Below are positions 31,232 through 38,223 of a DNA stretch of 50,158 nucleotides, piece after piece. Source of the DNA: Elusimicrobiota bacterium (GTDB lineage Bacteria > Elusimicrobiota > Elusimicrobia > Elusimicrobiales > UBA9959); contig JBAXKK010000007.1 of the NCBI GenBank assembly GCA_037137395.1, forward strand, positions 1 through 50,158. Reading direction: 5' to 3'. Numbering within the stretch: the stretch's first letter is position 1; every line of letters begins with the position of its first letter. The translations under genes and the position numbers were made by a program. Below the pieces are notes generated by a model. The model was not told the DNA's origin, ran no database searches, and was given only the letters and a program-made list of their open reading frames with translations.

Positions 31232-32434
31232 ATGGAAAATGATAAGGTTATATACCTTGATAACAATGCCACTACCCGCGTGGCGCCTGAAGTTGCCGAA
31301 GAAATGAGGCCGTTTTTCACTGAATTGTACGGCAATCCATCTAGCATGCATTTTTTCGGCGGCGGCGTGCAGAAGCATCTGGATGCTGCACGCCGGAAAG
31401 TGGCTGAGCTTCTGGGAGCTTCCCCGGAGGAGATAATTTTTACCAGCTGCGGCACCGAGTCTGACTCCACCGCTATCTGGTCGGCGCTGCGCGCCTACCC
31501 GGACAAAAAGCATATCGTTACCACCAAAGTTGAGCATCCCGGAGTGCTGAATGTGTGTAAATTTCTTGAGGCCCAGGGGTACCGCGTTACCAGCCTACCG
31601 GTGGACGGAGAAGGCCGCTTAAACCTGGAAGACCTTAAAATCGCAATCACTCCTGACACCGCGCTTGTTTCCATAATGTGGGCAAATAATGAGACAGGGG
31701 TTGTATTTCCGGTTGAGGAAGCCGCGCGGATCACTCACGCCAAGGGCGCCCTGTTCCACACCGACGCCGTGCAGGCCGTGGGTAAGATCCCCATAAACCT
31801 TAAAGATACCAAGATAGACATGCTCTCCCTCTCGGGCCATAAACTGCACGCCCCTAAAGGAATCGGCGTTCTCTATGTTAAAAAAGGCGCGCGTTTCTCG
31901 CCCTTCATGCTGGGCGGCCATCAGGAGCGCGGCCGTCGGGCCGGCACGGAAAATGTCCCCTATATCATCGGTCTCGGCAAGGCCGCTGAGCTGGCGCTCA
32001 AGAATATGGAAAAAGAGAACGCCTATGTAAAAGCCCTGCGGGACCGGCTTCAGGACGGGCTCGTGAAGGGCGTCAGGAATGTCCGCGTGAACGGCGGCGG
32101 GGCGGAGCGCCTGCCAAACACGACTAATATAAGTTTCGAATATATAGAAGGTGAATCCATCCTGATCATGCTCAGCGAAAAAGGTATATGCGCCTCATCC
32201 GGTTCGGCCTGCACTTCCGGTTCACTTGAGCCGTCGCATGTAATGATGTCCATGGGCGTGCCGCAGACCTACGCGCACGGCTCCATCCGTTTTTCCTTTA
32301 GTGTCTATAATACCGAGGAAGAGGTTGATGCTGTTATCCGCGAATTGCCTGCCATCATAGACCGCCTGCGCGCCATCTCGCCTTTCGCGGACGGCAAGCC
32401 GCTCTTCGGCATGGACGCCTGCGAGAGACATTAA
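31232..32434 (+). CDS. nifS: Cysteine desulfurase NifS
   Basis: YLDNNATT, YGNPSS, FTSCGTE, HTDAVQ, SGHKLH, SSGSACTS; paired with three-domain nifU. Confidence 0.95.
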   Translation: MENDKVIYLDNNATTRVAPEVAEEMRPFFTELYGNPSSMHFFGGGVQKHLDAARRKVAELLGASPEEIIFTSCGTESDSTAIWSALRAYPDKKHIVTTKVEHPGVLNVCKFLEAQGYRVTSLPVDGEGRLNLEDLKIAITPDTALVSIMWANNETGVVFPVEEAARITHAKGALFHTDAVQAVGKIPINLKDTKIDMLSLSGHKLHAPKGIGVLYVKKGARFSPFMLGGHQERGRRAGTENVPYIIGLGKAAELALKNMEKENAYVKALRDRLQDGLVKGVRNVRVNGGGAERLPNTTNISFEYIEGESILIMLSEKGICASSGSACTSGSLEPSHVMMSMGVPQTYAHGSIRFSFSVYNTEEEVDAVIRELPAIIDRLRAISPFADGKPLFGMDACERH

Positions 32435-32458
32435 CCGCGGCGCGGTTAATGTGCGGGG

Positions 32459-32538
32459 AGTGAGCAGTATGCAGTGTTGATAGCGGAGTTTTACTCTTGG
32501 TTATTTACTAATCACTAACCACTAACCACTAATCACTG
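32459..32538. repeat. Degenerate 7-bp repeats in both orientations
   Basis: AGTGAGC AGTATGC AGTG... then ACTAATC ACTAACC ACTAACC ACTAATC ACTG. Confidence 0.65.
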
Positions 32539-32580
32539 TTGTATGTGTTTGTTTTAACAGGCCAAAGTTTATAGAATAGA

Positions 32581-32767
32581 CTAACCTGAAAACTTCGGTT
32601 GAAGTTTTCCGCCCGCATAGCGGGCGCCCTTCGGGAGGAATACACCCCGTCGGGCCTGTCGCGCATAGCGCTGGGCCCTCCGCCCGCTGTGCGGGGAATC
32701 CTGCAGAATAATTTTATTCCCCTGATTTCTCTATGGGAATCATTCTGAACTGTAGGATTCGGGCTAA
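32581..32767. repeat. Structured MITE/REP-like element, copy 2 (inverted relative to copy 1)
   Basis: Ends CTAACCTGAA...TTCGGGCTAA; aligns to 29964-30240 with compensatory stem changes. Confidence 0.8.
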
Positions 32768-32777
32768 CAGATTTGAC

Positions 32778-32851
32778 GGGCCCGTAGCTCAGTTGGTTAG
32801 AGCAGACGACTCATAATCGTCGGGTCGTAGGTTCAAGTCCTACCGGGCCCA
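32778..32851 (+). tRNA. tRNA with CAT anticodon, most likely tRNA-Ile2 (lysidine type); CCA not encoded
   Basis: GGGCCCG/CGGGCCC acceptor stem, TAGCTCAGTTGGTTAGAGC D arm, GACGA-CTCATAA-TCGTC anticodon arm, GGTTCAAGTCC T arm. Confidence 0.93.
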
Positions 32852-32860
32852 GTAATTTAG

Positions 32861-32894
32861 AAGGGCTGCCTTAATTATAAGGCAGCCCTTTTTT
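32861..32894 (+). terminator. Intrinsic terminator after tRNA
   Basis: AAGGGCTGCCTTA-ATTA-TAAGGCAGCCCTT-TTTT. Confidence 0.85.
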
Positions 32895-32954
32895 AGTAAT
32901 CCGGTTTAAGCGGCAAAGCTTTGAAATGGCCTGCTTTTATAAATTTCGGTTCTT

Positions 32955-33995
32955 CTATTTCTTCACAGCCTGGTTTTCTTTGTATGCGTACTCGCCCGTG
33001 AGAGCGCCGGCTTCATTGTAGACCTTCAATATGTTTACTTCGTTTTTTATAAAAACGAACTCTTTTTCAAGCTTGCCGTCTTTATTGTAAACCTTAACGG
33101 CTCCGTCGGGCACTTTGCCGTCTTTGGAGATCATGTTGAACGCTTTATCCAGGTGTATTTTTGCCACATATTTATTATTGAGGTAGAAAGTGAACCGTTC
33201 TCCGCGCGCGAGGGCCATGGTTTTGACCGTGACCATGGATTCCGTCGTCTCCTGCGCAGCCGCTGGCCCCGCTTTTGTGGGTTCCGCGGCCTTAGGCGTC
33301 TCGGCGATATGGCCGTCGGCGTAGAAAAGTTCCGATTTAAGGCCGCCGGCCTCATCGAATTCCTTGAACCAGCCGTTGGGTACGCCATCCTTGAAATTTT
33401 GTTCCAGCAGCAGTTTCGAGTTCTCGCTATAAATGCGCACAGTGCCGTTCAGGGCGCCAGCCGTGTAATAAGCCTCACTTTGGATGACCCCGGTGGGGTA
33501 ATATGCTCGCAGCGTGCCGGAAGTTTTGGTGTTGATTATGGTCTTTTCGGTCTTTAGGTTTCCGCTCTCATAATACTCTTTATAGCTGCCATCTTTTATG
33601 AACCCCTGTAATCCCAGGAGGTCTCCCCTAGAATCAAAGGTCTCTGTGGCCACGACCACCCCGTTTTCCGCGTATATCCGCTCAAAAGACGAGGTGCTAG
33701 GGGTGACGGTCGTAAAGGTGTATTTAGGTGCCGGCGGCGGTTCAGCCGGTAGTTCGGCCAGAGGGGGTTCGGCGGTGACAGCTGACGTTGAGGACGTAAT
33801 GTCTTCCTGGCGGCTTTGCGAGGCGATATCTGTTTTACTGATGTTGAGTATCCCGTATTTGGTTTTTACCATGGCAACGCCGTCCATCTCGCCTTCTATA
33901 ACACCGTCAAGGCGGGTGCCGTCCTTAAGCGTGATGATATCGGCGTAAGCGGTCAGGCTTAAACCCGCTAACAGAAATAAAAAAATTATTTTCAC
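32955..33995 (-). CDS. Secreted MORN-variant repeat protein (YwqK-like)
   Basis: Signal peptide, DIITLKDG..LDG domain, repeats GSYKEYYESGNLK / GTLRAYYPTGVIQ / GWFKEFDEAG. Confidence 0.8.
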   Translation of the reverse strand: MKIIFLFLLAGLSLTAYADIITLKDGTRLDGVIEGEMDGVAMVKTKYGILNISKTDIASQSRQEDITSSTSAVTAEPPLAELPAEPPPAPKYTFTTVTPSTSSFERIYAENGVVVATETFDSRGDLLGLQGFIKDGSYKEYYESGNLKTEKTIINTKTSGTLRAYYPTGVIQSEAYYTAGALNGTVRIYSENSKLLLEQNFKDGVPNGWFKEFDEAGGLKSELFYADGHIAETPKAAEPTKAGPAAAQETTESMVTVKTMALARGERFTFYLNNKYVAKIHLDKAFNMISKDGKVPDGAVKVYNKDGKLEKEFVFIKNEVNILKVYNEAGALTGEYAYKENQAVKK

Positions 33996-34219
33996 ATTTT
34001 CCTCCCGACCCTGATATCAGGGCGCTGTATCCTTATGATTTAAATTCTAGCAAAATACAATACCAGTTCACTGCCGGCAATATTTAGAGCCGGAGCATGG
34101 TCGGTGCTTTCTAAAAGTGATTTTGCGCGGCGCGCCGGGCAGATACGGGTCTTTTGTCTTAATGATGAGGGCCCTTTGGCCCTTGGAAAAGGTCCTAAAT
34201 CCCACTAAACTATAGTCAC

Positions 34220-35497
34220 ATGAAGAGAAAAATTATCGCGCTTATTGCGGCGTTCATTATACAGCCGCTTCTTTGCGGTGCGTCCTGGTCTGCCGCGTCG
34301 GAGACCGGCAGGCAGATTTTTGAAGGTGGCACTTTTACTTTAGACAGAGTTGATCCTCCGGCTACTCCGGCCACTCCCTTAAATAACGCGGATGGGCTGC
34401 TCTTCCCGGAAGATGGCAGTATGCCGATGGCCGCCTGGTATACCGACCTGGAGCAGGCGGTTTCTCCCGGGCTTGTATCCGCGCTCGCGGCCGAGGGCGT
34501 CGAACTCAGGGGTATAAAATTCCGTTACGACTGGATCCAGGACATCGCCGTTTTTTCCCGGGGCGGCGCCATTATTCTGCAGGCTGAAATGCCGGTGAGG
34601 ATATTAAAAGACCTGGGCCTCACGATGGGCGTTTTTGATTTTGATGACAATCTCACCGCCGTTTCAGAGCATACCGCAGAGTCAATAGGCTCAACATCCC
34701 GCAGGATGAAATGGACTTTTTTGGAAGGTGGCGGCCTGATAACCGGTTCTTTCCGTGACGGGCGGCCTTACGCGATAATAACTCCGAGCCCGGTTGAGGG
34801 GGCGCGAAATCTGTATCTGGAGAAAACCCGGATTGCGATCAGTTCCGCTGACGCAAAGGTGCTTGTAGCGAAAGATCTGGAGGTGGATGAGGACGATCTT
34901 TTTATCATCCCAGCCTTTCGTCATATTGACCTTTTTATTGCCCCGCTCAGGGGCGGGGAGCTGCTTTTAAGCGACCCCTCCAAAACCGCCGGTGTTCTAA
35001 AACAGCTTCTGGCCGGCAGTCTTCAGGACCGGGAGAGGGAACAGTTGGCCGGCATGCTGGAGCTCTATCAAAACGGCTTTCAACCGGTATATTCCGGCAG
35101 CGCGCCGCCGGACATAGCCGGCAAACCGATGGGAGACAGGCTGTTCGCGTATGATAAGAGCGAGACTGCCATGCTGGACGCGGTTGAACGGGAGTTGTCG
35201 GGCCGGTTCAAAATTGTGAGGACGGCGGGCGTATTTAAGAACCTTGAGCGATATATAAACTCTGCCGAGAGCCTGTATATCCGGGACGGCATTAATTTTT
35301 TTAACGGGTTCACTGGTTCCGGCCGCTCCGGAAAACTATTCCAGATCACCAACGGCGCCGCCGGCCTTACCGCGCTTGAAAATTACTGGCGCTCCGTGCT
35401 GGTGGCTCAGGGAGTGGCGCCGGAGCGCGTATACTTTCCCGGTTCGTACAGTCAAGGCGCCGGCCTTGATTGCCGGGGCGCCCCCGCGGGGCAATAA
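34220..35497 (+). CDS. Secreted pentein-fold (agmatine/peptidylarginine deiminase-like) protein
   Basis: Signal peptide; DWIQD, FLEGG, RHIDLF, INFFN, C-terminal GAGLDC in canonical order. Confidence 0.65.
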   Translation: MKRKIIALIAAFIIQPLLCGASWSAASETGRQIFEGGTFTLDRVDPPATPATPLNNADGLLFPEDGSMPMAAWYTDLEQAVSPGLVSALAAEGVELRGIKFRYDWIQDIAVFSRGGAIILQAEMPVRILKDLGLTMGVFDFDDNLTAVSEHTAESIGSTSRRMKWTFLEGGGLITGSFRDGRPYAIITPSPVEGARNLYLEKTRIAISSADAKVLVAKDLEVDEDDLFIIPAFRHIDLFIAPLRGGELLLSDPSKTAGVLKQLLAGSLQDREREQLAGMLELYQNGFQPVYSGSAPPDIAGKPMGDRLFAYDKSETAMLDAVERELSGRFKIVRTAGVFKNLERYINSAESLYIRDGINFFNGFTGSGRSGKLFQITNGAAGLTALENYWRSVLVAQGVAPERVYFPGSYSQGAGLDCRGAPAGQ

Positions 35498-35535
35498 TGG
35501 GGGTGGTGAGCTATAAAATCTTAGCGGAGGTTATA

Positions 35536-36255
35536 ATGAACGGAAAATTTAGATGGGTTATCCTGCTCGCGGCCTTAGCCCTTCCGGGGCGCCTGGCGGC
35601 AGCGCCGCCACTGCGTATCCTGTGTGTCGGCGATTCGATCACGGATGGGCTCGCCTCCACGGATAGCTACCGCGCGCAGCTCCGGCGCGACCTTTCAGCC
35701 GCGGATATCGAGGTCGAATTCGTCGGGGGGCGCAGCAATGAGTCCAACCCGGCATCCCTGCTCAAACATCAGGGTATTCCCGGGCTGCGGGTTGAATGGC
35801 TGCAGTATTGGATAGACGATTGGATCAAGGATTTTAAACCGGATATGGTTCTCGGCATGATAGGAACCAATAACATCTGGATGGACTATGATATCGAGCC
35901 CGCCCAGAAAGAGCTGCGCGCCCTCATCGACGGCATCACGGCGCGTCATCCCTCGGTCCGTTTCATCTTCTCCAACATCCCGCCAGTGGATTGGCCCGAG
36001 TGGGGGGAGAATGCCAGACGCTACAACACCATCTTCCCTGTTCTGGAGAAGGACTTAAAGAGAGACAACCTTTACTTTGTAGATTCCTATTTTAAACTCG
36101 ATCCTAAGCTGGACCTCTTTGAGTCGCTCGGCGGCAAGCCGGATCGCATACACCCCAATCCCAATGGACAGGCTGAAATAGCCCATGTGTGGTCCAAGGC
36201 GATTCTTTCCCTGTCGGCGAGTGGCGGTGGGGTAAAAAAACAAAAAAACCATTGA
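35536..36255 (+). CDS. Secreted SGNH/GDSL hydrolase
   Basis: VGDSIT, G, GTNN, DRIHPN; GGAGG RBS and signal peptide. Confidence 0.9.
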   Translation: MNGKFRWVILLAALALPGRLAAAPPLRILCVGDSITDGLASTDSYRAQLRRDLSAADIEVEFVGGRSNESNPASLLKHQGIPGLRVEWLQYWIDDWIKDFKPDMVLGMIGTNNIWMDYDIEPAQKELRALIDGITARHPSVRFIFSNIPPVDWPEWGENARRYNTIFPVLEKDLKRDNLYFVDSYFKLDPKLDLFESLGGKPDRIHPNPNGQAEIAHVWSKAILSLSASGGGVKKQKNH

Positions 36256-36348
36256 CAAAATTTCCGGTTACCTTTGTCTGCCTGTTCATAGTTAAAATAT
36301 ATCGAAGTTAATCGACAAACATTTTACAACTTAGAAAAGGACACCAAG

Positions 36349-37095
36349 ATGAATAAATATTTGTTTTTGCCACTCGCTCTTCTGTCAGTTATAGCCACAT
36401 CAGTTCCTGTAAGCGCGTTGCCCCCAGAAAAGGGTTTTTTCCTTGGTGGCGGCTATGGGAAAAGCTCGCTTAACAACGACCTCTCAATATACTCCATTGA
36501 TAATAACGCCCGGCAGCCCACCCTGAACATCAGACAGAGCACTGAGGAAAAGAACACCGCTCCCGCCGCGTTCGTCGGATATAATTTCGCCGGAACTGAA
36601 ACTAATATTTTAGGTAAAGGCAGGTTGCAGCTCGGGGCACAGGTCGGCTATGTCGATCTGGGAGAGTATATTGTAAAAGCGCACTATTATGAGGCAACAA
36701 CTTCAAGCACAGGTTATCGTTCCATAAATGAAAACGCCACGGACCTGCTGCTCACGTCGTCTCTTTACTGGGAGAACGGCTTTAATGTTTTTTTAAAGGC
36801 CGGGGTCGCGCGGCTGCACGGCGTATATACCCAATATGGACTGCTTACGGCCAGGCAGCCGGAATTCGTCCCGGAAAAAGAAACCTTTACCTACACGGTC
36901 TACCGCCCCGAATTAGTCTTAGGAACTGGCGTACTGCTCTTTAACCGGTGCAATTTATTCCTTCAGTACGTTGCCATCTTGGGACCGACACCAAACACCA
37001 GCAACGACCGGTTCGGCACTAGTGAAATGGTCGAGATGCCCAACACGCTTTATAAAGCCGATTATTTCACCGTCGGGGTCACGCTGTATATTTGA
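36349..37095 (+). CDS. Outer-membrane beta-barrel protein (OmpA-like membrane domain)
   Basis: Signal peptide, GFFLGGGYG, FVGYNF, GYVDLG, FLKAGVA, C-terminal amphipathic strand. Confidence 0.75.
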   Translation: MNKYLFLPLALLSVIATSVPVSALPPEKGFFLGGGYGKSSLNNDLSIYSIDNNARQPTLNIRQSTEEKNTAPAAFVGYNFAGTETNILGKGRLQLGAQVGYVDLGEYIVKAHYYEATTSSTGYRSINENATDLLLTSSLYWENGFNVFLKAGVARLHGVYTQYGLLTARQPEFVPEKETFTYTVYRPELVLGTGVLLFNRCNLFLQYVAILGPTPNTSNDRFGTSEMVEMPNTLYKADYFTVGVTLYI

Positions 37096-37124
37096 TCAGC
37101 CGATAGATAGCTCTTCGACTAAAG

Positions 37125-37154
37125 AGAAGCCGCCTGGAAAACCAGGCGGCTTCT
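37125..37154. terminator. Terminator-like hairpin
   Basis: AGAAGCCGCCTGG-AAAA-CCAGGCGGCTTCT. Confidence 0.7.
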
Positions 37155-37297
37155 GTGTTAAAAGGCAAGACGTGTCGTCTTTTGATAAAACATGTCACTA
37201 TCGGCGCACGCTTGAAAAAGAAGAGGCGAGTTTTAAGTATGATTTTTTACACAAGCGTAGGCCGGACGGCGTGCACGCTACGCCAAAGACCAGGGAC

Positions 37298-38206
37298 TTA
37301 TTTCGTGGGATGACGGACAGGATATGGGACTCTACGGAAGGGGCCTGCGCCGGCCCGGGGTTCCGGTTTGAAATCGCGATACGCCGCGCCCACGGCGGTC
37401 ATCTCTCCTGAGACACTTTTATAAAGAGACGCCTTTTCATAGAAGATTTTATGAGGTTTAAGGTCGCATATCGCGGCGAACCACGCGTAGCGTTCCACGA
37501 ACGGCAGCTCCTCAAGCAGAGGCAGTGCTTTGGGGATGAAATCGGTGTTGTGTTTGTAAGTGAGCGGTTTATTCTTAAGGAATTTCCAGTCGCCCCCGGA
37601 GAATTCAGTCAACCAGATAGGCAGGCGGTATTTATCGTGAAGGTCCAGAAGGTAACTGGCCATCATGGCGGGGCCCTGCGGGTCGGTGACGTCGTCATAC
37701 CAGTGCACGCAGAGAAAGTCCACGCGGTACCCCCGGGCTTTGGCCTTTGACATAAACTCTTCCAGCCAGCGCGCGCCAGCCTCGCTTTGCGTTACGGCGG
37801 GGCTGCCCAGGCGCTTGCCCGTGGCCATCAGTTTAGGCCATAGTTCAATGGCTTTTTCCACCGACATAGCTGACTGCTCGGCGAAGTCCGGCTCATTAAA
37901 ACCGAGCAGATGCGTGTATTTCGGGTTAGCCTTAATTGAGGCCAGAGCTTTATCGGTGGCGAAAAATCCACTCCAAATCATGGGCACAAATTCAGCTTCG
38001 GTCTCGCCGGCGGAGGGCTCAGTCCCCCAATTATAATACCAACTGACCTTAAGACCATTAACGCGCGCCGACGCCCCGGGCAGATAGTCGCCGACGCCCT
38101 TCTTGCCCGACAGCCGGGAGGATTGCGAATCGCAAGACGCGATAAGCAGCAGAACTGGCAAGAGGGCGGCCGTAAGGCCTATTTTTCTCAAGGGTATATT
38201 TATCAT
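37298..38206 (-). CDS. Lipoprotein glycoside hydrolase, GH128-like
   Basis: Lipobox LIASC; WYYNW, FVPMIW, LGFNEPD, VHWY, PIWLTEF, VERYAWF. Confidence 0.85.
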   Translation of the reverse strand: MINIPLRKIGLTAALLPVLLLIASCDSQSSRLSGKKGVGDYLPGASARVNGLKVSWYYNWGTEPSAGETEAEFVPMIWSGFFATDKALASIKANPKYTHLLGFNEPDFAEQSAMSVEKAIELWPKLMATGKRLGSPAVTQSEAGARWLEEFMSKAKARGYRVDFLCVHWYDDVTDPQGPAMMASYLLDLHDKYRLPIWLTEFSGGDWKFLKNKPLTYKHNTDFIPKALPLLEELPFVERYAWFAAICDLKPHKIFYEKASLYKSVSGEMTAVGAAYRDFKPEPRAGAGPFRRVPYPVRHPTK

Positions 38207-38223
38207 GTGTGCAGCCGCGCGTT

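Noticed and set aside
30273..32434. Nitrogen fixation
   Set aside because: No nifHDK/ENB in the window; nifUS alone is a general Fe-S assembly system.
32778..32851. Initiator or elongator tRNA-Met
   Set aside because: G1-C72 is paired and there is no GGG/CCC anticodon stem, so it is not fMet. The overall sequence resembles Ile2 tRNAs, though elongator Met is not fully excluded.
32955..33995. Toxin-antitoxin module (YwqK antitoxin label)
   Set aside because: It is a signal-peptide MORN-repeat protein with no adjacent toxin gene.
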